The notes: generated from the sequence alone by a model not told the origin. A DNA stretch of 64,000 nucleotides from Patescibacteria group bacterium (GCA_041648575.1 JBAZOT010000003.1:14895-78894), one strand, 5' to 3'. Counted from the first letter of the stretch, positions 1-8,045 are shown. A program made the numbers and translations.

Positions 1-250
1 TGAATCCACTATCAATGACTCCAGCTAAAACTGTAATACCGTGCTTAGCAGCCAAGCCTGATTTATCCCAACATAAACCAACGAAACCCTCTGGAATGGC
101 TATAGCCACGCCGGTTCTAATTCCAGAGACATACTTACCTGCCGGAGCAATATAATCCTCCAAAGCAAACAAATCCAACGCAGCATCACCCGGTAAGGCA
201 TAGCTTGGCAATTTTGCGCGCGGATCAACTTTTTTTACTTGCAGTTGCAT
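1..250 (-). CDS. dut: dUTP diphosphatase (dUTPase), N-terminal part; the gene runs off the window edge
   Basis: Reverse-complement translation from ATG at 248-250 gives MQLQVKKVDPRAKLPSYALPGDAALDLF...IRTGVAIAIPEGFVGL...KSGLAAKHGITVLAGVIDSGF, i.e. dUTPase motifs 1-3 (SGLAxKHGI, GVIDSDY-like). Not in the ORF track because it is truncated. Confidence 0.8.
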   Translation of the reverse strand, partial: MQLQVKKVDPRAKLPSYALPGDAALDLFALEDYIAPAGKYVSGIRTGVAIAIPEGFVGLCWDKSGLAAKHGITVLAGVIDSGF

Positions 251-261
251 AAATATCATAT

Positions 262-1272
262 TTACTTATTAGTAATCTTTTCTTTATTAGCCAGATTAGC
301 CAGTTTTTCTTTAGCCCTAACAATACCAGCGGGACAACGATTACCCCAACCATCTAGAAATTTACCTTCTTTTAATACACATATCACTTCACAATTATTT
401 GGACAACCACCACATTCAATACTAACAGTTTTAAATTCAATATCCTGAACATTAAAACTAAAAAGTTTTTCAGATTGTGTATCACGAGCCAACATGGCCA
501 CTCCAATCGCTCCCATTAAATGACCAATTTCATCAACAATGATTTTATGACCTGTAATATTACCGAAAGACCTTACTACTCCAACATTTTTACTAACACC
601 ACCTTGAAAAACAACTGGCGGTTCAATATTTTTTCCTTTGCCAACATTATTTAAATAATTATAAACGATGGAATTACATAACCCAGCAATAATATCCTCT
701 TTAGAATAACCCATCTGCGCTTTATGAACCAAATCCGATTCAGCAAATACAGTACAACGGCCAGCAATTTTAGTTGGCGTATTGGATCTTAAAGCGTAAG
801 TACCAAACTCCTCCACGGGGATGTTTAAACGTCTAGCCTGTGAGGCTAAAAATGAACCGGTACCAGCTGCGCACAGTGTATTCATCGCATAATCAACCAC
901 TACTCCATTATCAATAATAATAAGTTTGCTGTCTTGTCCACCAATTTCAAAAATTGTTCTGACTTCAGGATGGAACGCTAAAGTGCCAATCGCATGAGCA
1001 GTAATCTCATTCTTAATTACAGTAGCCTCTAAAATTGTACCAATCAATTCACGAGCTGAACCAGTGGTACCTACGCCAACTATTGTAAGATTATTACCAT
1101 TAATTTGCTTCTTAACCTCTTTTAGTACCAGTCGAACTGCCCCAATCGGATCACCTTCGGTCCATAGATATGATTGAGCATAAATCCTATTATTATGATC
1201 GATCACTACAGCTTTAGTAGAAATCGAACCAATATCAAACCCTAAATATACTTTAATGGGCGCTGGTAGCAT
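262..1272 (-). CDS. BadF/BadG/BcrA/BcrD-type ATPase, (R)-2-hydroxyacyl-CoA dehydratase activator (HgdC)-like, with C-terminal Cys-rich extension
   Basis: N-terminal LGFDIGSISTKAVVID, GGQDSKLIIID, and MNTLCAAGTGSFL and AGRCTVFAESD supplying the two Cys that bridge the [4Fe-4S] cluster in HgdC. C-terminal IECGGCPNNCEVICV...RCPAG Cys cluster as in CoA-substrate-specific enzyme activases. Confidence 0.8.
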   Translation of the reverse strand: MLPAPIKVYLGFDIGSISTKAVVIDHNNRIYAQSYLWTEGDPIGAVRLVLKEVKKQINGNNLTIVGVGTTGSARELIGTILEATVIKNEITAHAIGTLAFHPEVRTIFEIGGQDSKLIIIDNGVVVDYAMNTLCAAGTGSFLASQARRLNIPVEEFGTYALRSNTPTKIAGRCTVFAESDLVHKAQMGYSKEDIIAGLCNSIVYNYLNNVGKGKNIEPPVVFQGGVSKNVGVVRSFGNITGHKIIVDEIGHLMGAIGVAMLARDTQSEKLFSFNVQDIEFKTVSIECGGCPNNCEVICVLKEGKFLDGWGNRCPAGIVRAKEKLANLANKEKITNK

Positions 1273-2371
1273 AATTGATTTTAGTGGTATTAGAATTTAA
1301 TTTATCTCTTTTCATAATCAACATATCATAAAAAGCCTCTAAACGTGTTTTAATTCCCGTCTCTGAAGTTTGGGCGTCAAAGCTAAAATAAATAATGGGC
1401 ACTTTATAATCCTTTGATAAACGGTAAAGTGCAGACATCGCATTAACCTCGGGCATACAACCAAAAGGCTTTAAATGAATAATGCCATCAAAACCCTGTT
1501 TAATCAACTTATGGGCTAACGCTACACTTTCTGTACCATGCGCACCTATATGATATTTTAAATATGGACTGGCTAATCTTAACAATTTAGTAATATGCGT
1601 GCCAAAAGAAAAGATATCATGAAGAATACTAGAAACGCTGCAAAAACGGTAAACTTCAATTCCCTTCTTAGCTAATTCCATTTCAATATTAAAATTTGAA
1701 AAAGGTTCCATTAAAACATATAATTCACCAACAATACCAACCCTTACTGGCTTGGTTGGTTTAACTACCTCAATTTCCTTAAATAATTCTTCATACTTTT
1801 TTCTTAATTGATTGATATCTTTTTTTGTACGCACACGCCCCAACTCGGATAAAAAAATTTTAAATAGCCGTTCATATTGACCTGGGTTTTTTTCAAAACC
1901 AATATTTTTTCTGATATAATCCTCTATTTCATCAATAACCTTAACTTTAAAATATGAAAGATAATATGTTTTAAAAAAACGCCAATATGTTAACTCTGAA
2001 TTATAGCTTCTAAAAATTTTAGCCAATGAAATGGGGTTGTAAGTATTAGTTAATTTAATCAGTGTGAATTTATATCCCATATTTTTTAAAATCGCTTCCT
2101 GTACTTCGCCGTAATAACCAAAGCGGCACCCACCACCAGCTTGAATAAGTAAATTAGCGCCACGCTCTAACACCTCAATGTAATTCCCTAAATTATATTT
2201 AAAAGGGACACAAACAGCCTCGGGGCTATATTTAAAACCAAGATCAACGGTCTTCCTGGTAATTGGCGGCGGCGGCACTAATTCTCCACCCAACATTTCT
2301 GCAAATGGTTTAATAGCTACATAATAATTTCCCATTAACGGGAAACTAATTTTTCTGTGTATTTGCTTCAT
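1253..2371 (-). CDS. HgdA/HgdB-family (2-hydroxyacyl-CoA dehydratase D-component / DUF2229-like) protein, subunit 1
   Basis: 372 aa, overlaps both neighbours by about 20 nt. Conserved Cys in ...AGGGCRFGYYGE and ...HLKPFGCMPEV, as in cluster-binding loops of HGD-D / BcrBC / activase-associated DUF2229 domains. Confidence 0.6.
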   Translation of the reverse strand: MKQIHRKISFPLMGNYYVAIKPFAEMLGGELVPPPPITRKTVDLGFKYSPEAVCVPFKYNLGNYIEVLERGANLLIQAGGGCRFGYYGEVQEAILKNMGYKFTLIKLTNTYNPISLAKIFRSYNSELTYWRFFKTYYLSYFKVKVIDEIEDYIRKNIGFEKNPGQYERLFKIFLSELGRVRTKKDINQLRKKYEELFKEIEVVKPTKPVRVGIVGELYVLMEPFSNFNIEMELAKKGIEVYRFCSVSSILHDIFSFGTHITKLLRLASPYLKYHIGAHGTESVALAHKLIKQGFDGIIHLKPFGCMPEVNAMSALYRLSKDYKVPIIYFSFDAQTSETGIKTRLEAFYDMLIMKRDKLNSNTTKINYATSAH

Positions 2372-3302
2372 ATTTCAATTTACTTGCCTTTATTTTTAAA
2401 ATATCAACAAAACTCTCCAAGCGTGTTTTTAATCCAGCTTCTGACTGCAGCTCATCTAAAGTTATTACCACAATCGGAATATCTTTTATTTTATTCTGAC
2501 AAAGATTAATAACTAAAGAATCGGGTCCGCAGGGAAAAGTCATTAAAAATATAATGCCATCAAGATGCGGACGGTAAAGTTCAATAGCACCTAAAAAGTA
2601 TTTATGATAAGTCCAATATAAATCACGAGATAAATTAGTTGCCAATTGACGCGCCTGATCTTCATCAACAATGTTAGAATAAACTAAATCAACACCTTGT
2701 GATTCTAAAAACTTAACAATTGGTACACCCAAAAACGCATCATGTGTAGTGTAGGGGTGTGAAACAATTAATACCAGTGGATTGCTATTATCCCTGTCTT
2801 TAAATTTATTTACCTGATCGTTTACTAATTTTTGGTGATGTTGCTTATATTTTTTCTTTGCCTGAATATAAGCCAAGGCACGAGTAAAGGGATTACTATT
2901 TAATTGTTTTGCCATTAAAAATAAACCTATGCTCTCCCCTTTAAACTTCCCAGCATCTATTGTATAAGTTAAAATATTGATTTTATCAAAGCTATTACGG
3001 ACAATATCAACTAAGGCCATAAACTTAGTACACAAAAATTCACCATGCCGTAACGAAACAATGCGTGGTATAAAAATATAATCAACCTTATCCTTTAAAT
3101 AATCTACATGGCCTAAAAAAATTTTTACTGACAAACAACTTTCATCAACTGCTATATTAATACCCCGAGCCATTATTTCCTTATTAGTCGGCGGACTAAC
3201 AACCAACTGGCAACCTAATCTACTAAAATACTCATGCCAAAAAACAGAATATTTATGATAAAGCAAGGCACGCGGCAAACCAATTTTCTTCATAACGAAC
3301 AT
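2346..3302 (-). CDS. HgdA/HgdB-family (DUF2229-like) protein, subunit 2
   Basis: 318 aa. ...IIFLMTFPCGPDSLV motif typical of HGD-D family. Translationally coupled to subunit 1. Confidence 0.6.
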   Translation of the reverse strand: MFVMKKIGLPRALLYHKYSVFWHEYFSRLGCQLVVSPPTNKEIMARGINIAVDESCLSVKIFLGHVDYLKDKVDYIFIPRIVSLRHGEFLCTKFMALVDIVRNSFDKINILTYTIDAGKFKGESIGLFLMAKQLNSNPFTRALAYIQAKKKYKQHHQKLVNDQVNKFKDRDNSNPLVLIVSHPYTTHDAFLGVPIVKFLESQGVDLVYSNIVDEDQARQLATNLSRDLYWTYHKYFLGAIELYRPHLDGIIFLMTFPCGPDSLVINLCQNKIKDIPIVVITLDELQSEAGLKTRLESFVDILKIKASKLKYEANTQKN

Positions 3303-3305
3303 GAT

Positions 3306-3878
3306 TTATTTAATATATCTACTAATAATCTTATTCTCAATTTGCTTATATAATTCTCCCAATGTATTTTCATTTATCAACTTAATACTAGCTTTCTTTC
3401 CCAAACGCTTAATATAAACCTCGGTTGGTAAATTTTCTTCGCGTTTAAATTGTTCAATGTTAAAATGCGCTTCGCCAACTTTTTCACTCCTGGCTTTAGC
3501 CCGCTTAAAACGTGTCGCTAAACTCGCAGTAACATAAACTAGTAAAAATCCAGGTATTTTGCTTAAAATCTCATATTCTCCAAGATGTCGTAAACCATCA
3601 ATCACAAATTTATTACCAGTTGTTCCTTCTAACCTAAATTTTAACACCTCGGCCAGTATTCCACCGCCAAATCGCTCACGTAATCCTCCCATCAAATTCA
3701 TCTCATTAACTCTGGTAATGGGTAAATGAAGCCTGTTTAAAATATCTACCACAATTTTAGAAAAACGAAAACTCTTAAACCGGTATCGTTTAACCAAATA
3801 TTTGCTAACCATTTCTTTACCGGAAAGTTTTTCTCCTACCAAAACTGATATTATTTTCTTGGTCTTAATTGTTTTCAT
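3306..3878 (-). CDS. P-loop nucleotide/nucleoside kinase-like protein with atypical Walker A (GEKLSGKE)
   Basis: 190 aa. VLVGEKLSGKE P-loop and VIDGLRHLGE like adenylate/dNMP kinase folds. Sits between dcd and the HgdAB-like genes. Confidence 0.45.
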   Translation of the reverse strand: MKTIKTKKIISVLVGEKLSGKEMVSKYLVKRYRFKSFRFSKIVVDILNRLHLPITRVNEMNLMGGLRERFGGGILAEVLKFRLEGTTGNKFVIDGLRHLGEYEILSKIPGFLLVYVTASLATRFKRAKARSEKVGEAHFNIEQFKREENLPTEVYIKRLGKKASIKLINENTLGELYKQIENKIISRYIK

Positions 3879-3897
3879 AAAATAAACCTAGATTACT

Positions 3898-4464
3898 CTA
3901 GGTTTTAAAATTCTCATAAATTTTACTAGCCTGTGGAACATCGGCACCATAATACTTGGAACGAAGCTCCTTGCTTCCATAAGGCCGTTCGCAAGGAGAA
4001 GACAGTGGCATAAAAGCAATCTGCGCTATAGCCATTTTGTAATATAGCTTTACTGGCAAGTTACCAATATTATGTAGTTCTAAAGTCGGCTTTAATGAAT
4101 TTCCTGGATCAATAAAACCGGCCGTAGCATGAATGATAATTCCAATCCTGCCCAAAGAAGATTTTCCTTCTAAACGCCCTACCATATCATTAGACAAAGT
4201 TATTCTTTCTATAGTAACACCAAGAGCAAATTCGCCTGGGTGTAGAACAAACGGTTGATCTTCTTTAATTTCTACTTTATCCATTAAATCTGGTGTCTTC
4301 TCTCTAACATCAATGCAAACATGACCGGTGTTTTTAAATATCAAAAATTGATTATCCAAATGCAAATCAACAGATGCCGGTTGAATAGATTCATCAAACA
4401 ATGGCTCAATTTTTATTCTACCTTCAGCTAATATTTTTTTAATATCTTTGTCTGATAAAATCAT
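3898..4464 (-). CDS. dcd: dCTP deaminase
   Basis: MILSDKDIKKILAEGRIKIEP...ASVDLHLDNQF...GRLEGKSSLGRIGIIIHATAGFIDPG: canonical Dcd motifs. Confidence 0.9.
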   Translation of the reverse strand: MILSDKDIKKILAEGRIKIEPLFDESIQPASVDLHLDNQFLIFKNTGHVCIDVREKTPDLMDKVEIKEDQPFVLHPGEFALGVTIERITLSNDMVGRLEGKSSLGRIGIIIHATAGFIDPGNSLKPTLELHNIGNLPVKLYYKMAIAQIAFMPLSSPCERPYGSKELRSKYYGADVPQASKIYENFKT

Positions 4465-4537
4465 ATAATTGGATAAATAATTTTCAATCTACGGCTCATA
4501 ATTTTTTACACTAACCACTGTATTAGTGATCTTTAAA

Positions 4538-5221
4538 CTAAATTACCAAGGGAATGGCTGGCCCCATAGAACAAGTCAATACAGCATTTTTAAGATAAGT
4601 ACCCTTAACGCCTGTAGGTTTAGCCTTGCGTATCGCCTGCAACAGATTTTCAGCGTTTTCCTGTAATTTTATTGCGTCAAATGACATTTTACCAATCATC
4701 TGATGCACATTACCAGATTCATCCACTTTAAAACTAATTTTACCAGAATTAAGTGCTTGCACAACTTTTCCCACATCTGGAGTAATAGTCTCGGTTTTAG
4801 GATTAGGCATTAAACCTTTTTGCCCCAGAATTTTAGCAATCGGTGCCATTTTCTTCATCATACCTGGTGTAGCAACCGCAACATCAAAATCACATTTCCC
4901 AGTGGTGGCTATTATTTTTATTAACTCGTCTCCACCCACAATCGTCGCTCCAGCTGCCTTAGCTTCTTTTTCATTAGCTTCTTCACAAAAAACCGCCACT
5001 TTTTTTAACTTACCTAAACCGTGTGGCAAAGTTGTGAAACCACGCACTTGTTGATTAGCTTGTTTAGTGTCAACTCCCAGTTTGAAATGAATTTCCACCG
5101 ATTGATCAAACTTAGTGGCTGGCATTTGTTTTAAAAGCTCTACTGCTTCTTTAATATTATAACGCTTGCCCGGCTCAATTTTAGAACGGGCAGCTGTATA
5201 TCGTTTACCTGATTTTGACAT
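4538..5221 (-). CDS. rplA: 50S ribosomal protein L1
   Basis: MSKSGKRYTAARSKIEPGKRYNIKEAVELLK...FDQSVEIHFKLGVDTKQANQQVRG: L1 signature. Confidence 0.95.
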   Translation of the reverse strand: MSKSGKRYTAARSKIEPGKRYNIKEAVELLKQMPATKFDQSVEIHFKLGVDTKQANQQVRGFTTLPHGLGKLKKVAVFCEEANEKEAKAAGATIVGGDELIKIIATTGKCDFDVAVATPGMMKKMAPIAKILGQKGLMPNPKTETITPDVGKVVQALNSGKISFKVDESGNVHQMIGKMSFDAIKLQENAENLLQAIRKAKPTGVKGTYLKNAVLTCSMGPAIPLVI

Positions 5222-5323
5222 AAATTTTTCCTTTCTTTACTCTCTCGTCCTGCCTATTGGCAGATACAAGATTAGTGGTTCAAACTCCCGATATTAATCA
5301 GGATCCCACCCATATTAATTAAA

Positions 5324-5752
5324 TTATCCTTCTACTGTTAAACCCATTTGCCTGGCAGTACCTTCAATAATTTTCATTGCGGCATTGATATCGTTGGCAT
5401 TTAAATCCGACATCTTTATCTTAGCAATTTCTTCAATTTGTTTCTTAGTAACTTTACCTACTTTCTCTTGCAAAGGCTTACCCGAACCCTTGGTAATACC
5501 AGCGGCTTTTTTAAGCAGCTCGGCTGCCGGCGGAGTTTTTAAAATAAAAGTATAACTGCGATCCTCAAAGACAGTTATTTCACAAGGAATAATATCATTA
5601 CCCTTGTCTTTGGTGGCGGCATTAAATTTAGTGCAGAATTCCTGCAAATTTAATCCATGTTGCCCCAAAGCTGGCCCCACCGGCGGCGCTGGAGTGGCTT
5701 TACCTGCTGATATTTGAAGTTTGATAACTGTTTTTACTTTTTTACCTGCCAT
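5324..5752 (-). CDS. rplK: 50S ribosomal protein L11
   Basis: [35 protein letters not shown]...: L11 signature. Confidence 0.95.
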   Translation of the reverse strand: MAGKKVKTVIKLQISAGKATPAPPVGPALGQHGLNLQEFCTKFNAATKDKGNDIIPCEITVFEDRSYTFILKTPPAAELLKKAAGITKGSGKPLQEKVGKVTKKQIEEIAKIKMSDLNANDINAAMKIIEGTARQMGLTVEG

Positions 5753-5786
5753 ACAAAAATATAAAATTTAAAAATAAAATGCAAAA

Positions 5787-6332
5787 TTAGATCTTTTGAA
5801 TTTGTAAAAAATCCAACTCTACTGGCGTTTCCCGTCCAAACATTGAAACCAATACTTTTACTTTACCCCGACCTTCGTCTACCTCGGATACCTTACCGTC
5901 AAAATCCTTAAAAGGCCCATCACTAATTTTTACTGCCATACCAACAGTCACATCCATTTTATAAGTTGGCTCTTCAATGCCCATTCTTTTTTGCAACGCC
6001 TTCATTTCTTCTTCTGAAACTGGAGTTGGAGTGGTGCCGCTACCAATAAATCCAGTAACATTTGGGGTATTACGCACCACATACCATGAATCATCAGTCA
6101 CCATCATTTCCACTAATACGTATCCTGGAAAAATTTTCTCTTCAACCACTTTACGCTTGCCATTTTTAATGCGAATCTTTTTTTCAGTGGGAATTAAAAT
6201 ATTAAAAATCTTATCACCCATATCCATTGATTCAATACGCTGCTTTAAATTGCGGGTAACATTTTCCTCATAACCAGAATAGGTATGTAGGGCATACCAA
6301 CGTCTACCTTGTTGTATTATCTGTCGCGGCAT
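5787..6332 (-). CDS. nusG: transcription termination/antitermination factor NusG
   Basis: WYALHTYSGYEENV (NGN domain) and KOW motif GMAVKISDGPFKDFDGKV. The ATG at 6330-6332 (MPRQ...) is the likely start. The ORF track adds four residues from a TTG inside the upstream repeat element. Confidence 0.9.
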   Translation of the reverse strand: MPRQIIQQGRRWYALHTYSGYEENVTRNLKQRIESMDMGDKIFNILIPTEKKIRIKNGKRKVVEEKIFPGYVLVEMMVTDDSWYVVRNTPNVTGFIGSGTTPTPVSEEEMKALQKRMGIEEPTYKMDVTVGMAVKISDGPFKDFDGKVSEVDEGRGKVKVLVSMFGRETPVELDFLQIQKI

Positions 6333-6484
6333 ATCCAGTAACAATAACTTGACCTGCTAAAAATTAAGCGAGTCAAAAGTTTATTTAATAGTTAGATCGG
6401 TCTTGTTTAAAAAAGATAACATAGATTAATAGTATAGATAATTTCTATCAGCACGAGCTTAAGTCAAGTTTTGTTACTGGACAT
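6333..6484. repeat. Copy 1 of a ~140-bp TIR-bounded intergenic cassette (copy 2 at 51633-51777)
   Basis: Left end CCAGTAACAATAACTTGACCTGCTAAAAATTAAGCGAGTC, right end GAGCTTAAGTCAAGTTTTGTTACTGGACAT. The termini are inverted repeats of each other (CCAGTAACAAAACTTGAC). About 41 nt on the left and 30 nt on the right are near-identical to copy 2, and the middle is about 70% similar. Confidence 0.8.
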
Positions 6485-6487
6485 AAT

Positions 6488-6676
6488 TTATTTATATAAT
6501 AATTGCTGCAACCCTATATTAAAAATATAATCTAAGGCGCCTAAAAAAATAGCTACCCCCAAAGAAATACCAATCACCAACAAAGTATGTTGGGTAGTTT
6601 CTTTTTTGGTAGGCCAAACAACCCTTTTAAGTTCTTCAATTGATTGTTTAAAATAATTGGTTAATTTATTAGGCAT
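6488..6676 (-). CDS. secE: preprotein translocase subunit SecE
   Basis: 62 aa, single C-terminal TM helix LLVIGISLGVAIFLGALDYIF. Conserved position immediately upstream of nusG. Confidence 0.85.
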   Translation of the reverse strand: MPNKLTNYFKQSIEELKRVVWPTKKETTQHTLLVIGISLGVAIFLGALDYIFNIGLQQLLYK

Positions 6677-6726
6677 AACGATCTTAAAATCAATTATTCA
6701 TTAAAATAAAACCCAGTTTTTAAAGT

Positions 6727-6752
6727 CTTTTAAAAGGCCCCTTGCTGGGCCT
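6727..6752 (-). terminator. Putative rho-independent terminator upstream of secE
   Basis: On the minus strand GGCCCAGCAAGGGGCC followed by UUUUAAAAG. Modest U-tract. Confidence 0.4.
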
Positions 6753-6931
6753 CTATTAAAAAGAATAGCACGAAGTTAAAATGCTGGCAAGTGCCTAAAA
6801 CACTATTGAAAATTAATAAAAAGCCCTAAATACCGTAGTAGTTGGGAGATAGTGGTGAAGATTATTAAGAATTAATGTTTTGTAGAGAAGATGTGCAGAT
6901 GCACAAGGGGCGAGTTTTTTAGTAGGAGTTT

Positions 6932-6979
6932 GGGGATACAATTTAAACCTCTAAGTTATAAAGATTTAAATTGTATCCC
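6932..6979. other. Long perfect hairpin (16-bp stem GGGGATACAATTTAAA / TTTAAATTGTATCCC, 18-nt loop) inside a 570-nt non-coding block
   Basis: Read directly from the sequence. No CDS covers 6677-7247 apart from an implausible 61-aa ORF. Confidence 0.5.
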
Positions 6980-7223
6980 TGTCACCACGCTACCAACCTG
7001 CCTGTTTTTCCTCTTGTTAATCCTTCTCCACCACCATCTATCTTAATTTTACTCCTAAATTAACAATTTGTCAAATCAACCAAATTTGGATTGCGTATAA
7101 CGTATGCGGATATGAGAAGTTGCGAAGCAATTTGGGATGAGACTCTGCAAGAGCCGAGACTCATATCCGCTGTTAGGCGAGGGTGAGCGACCAACGGGAG
7201 CGAAAGTGCAACGCCCCCTTGAG

Positions 7224-7237
7224 TTCAAACCTGAGCC
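7224..7237. repeat. 14-bp inverted repeat, left copy (TTCAAACCTGAGCC), downstream of the SDR gene
   Basis: Exact reverse complement of 8032-8045 (GGCTCAGGTTTGAA). The pair brackets the SDR gene. Confidence 0.6.
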
Positions 7238-7247
7238 GTCCCTCAAT

Positions 7248-7982
7248 TTAGTTTTTAACATTCTTTTGCTTGATTACAATAATTTGTCCAGTAATATGAT
7301 CTGCCTCTTTTGAAGCTAAAAACAAAGTCAAGCTTGCGACATCTTCGGATTGAAGTGCGTTATCTGGTGTAGCATCATCTGGGAAAAATTTTTTGTACGC
7401 TTCAGTTGCTACATCAGAAGGCGAAATGCAATTAACTTGAATTTGATGATTTCTAAGTTCGTGAGAAAGTCCAACCGTTAAATCTTCAATCGCTTTTTTG
7501 GACACGAAATAAGGAAGCCAACCTTTTGCGCCACTCTCGAAAGTTCCTGAAATGTTGATGATTTTACTACCTTGTTTCATTAAGGAAACGAGTTCGTGTG
7601 ATAAAATGGTTGGCGCAGTTAAACCCACTGCGTAAGTATCCAAAATTTCATCGGTTGAATAATCAGCAAATTCAATCCCTGAAAACGCTTTGTCTTTAGA
7701 GTGCCAAATACCAGCAACATTGACGAGAATATCTATTTCGCCTTCTGACTCCTTGATATTTTGAGCAAACTTTTTTATCTCATCAACACTTCTTAAGTCA
7801 ACACAAAAAATTTTTCCTTCGCTACCTGCTTCTTTAACAAGCTCAAGTGTTTTTTCTAAACCATCTTTGGAGCGAGCCAAAAGCATAGTTTTCGCACCTT
7901 CCGAAGCGAGCTTGACGGATATAGCACGACCAATGCCAATACTTGCACCTGTGATGACGGCAATTTTGTTTTTTAGCTTCAT
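7248..7982 (-). CDS. short-chain dehydrogenase/reductase (SDR) family oxidoreductase
   Basis: N-terminal IAVITGASIGIGRAI Rossmann motif. Catalytic Y-x3-K region (LPYFVSKKAIEDL). Confidence 0.85.
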   Translation of the reverse strand: MKLKNKIAVITGASIGIGRAISVKLASEGAKTMLLARSKDGLEKTLELVKEAGSEGKIFCVDLRSVDEIKKFAQNIKESEGEIDILVNVAGIWHSKDKAFSGIEFADYSTDEILDTYAVGLTAPTILSHELVSLMKQGSKIINISGTFESGAKGWLPYFVSKKAIEDLTVGLSHELRNHQIQVNCISPSDVATEAYKKFFPDDATPDNALQSEDVASLTLFLASKEADHITGQIIVIKQKNVKN

Positions 7983-8031
7983 AAAATTATTGTAATCATT
8001 AAGGATTTATAAAACAATCGATAGCTTGATA

Positions 8032-8045
8032 GGCTCAGGTTTGAA
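8032..8045. repeat. 14-bp inverted repeat, right copy, upstream of the SDR gene
   Basis: GGCTCAGGTTTGAA is the reverse complement of 7224-7237. Confidence 0.6.

Noticed and set aside
5977-6273. Plus-strand 98-aa ORF.
   Set aside because: Lies entirely antisense within nusG. Low-complexity translation. Shadow ORF.
6677-6800. Looked for tRNA-Trp, commonly found upstream of secE.
   Set aside because: No cloverleaf or CCA-anticodon loop (TTTGGAG on this strand) was found. Only a GC hairpin terminator.
6840-7250. Considered this structured block as the tmRNA gene (a GAGTTCAAACCTGAGCC T-loop-like motif and nearby GGGG / CCACCA strings).
   Set aside because: No coherent acceptor stem with encoded CCA could be built. 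A bona fide tmRNA with G3.U wobble, T-arm and CCA lies next to smpB at 60700-61081. The TTCAAACCTGAGCC motif turned out to be one arm of a 14-bp inverted repeat flanking the SDR gene.
7076-7261. 61-aa minus-strand ORF in the structured non-coding block.
   Set aside because: Arg/Ser/Gly-rich product with no RBS. Coincides with a GC-rich structured region that is more plausibly RNA.
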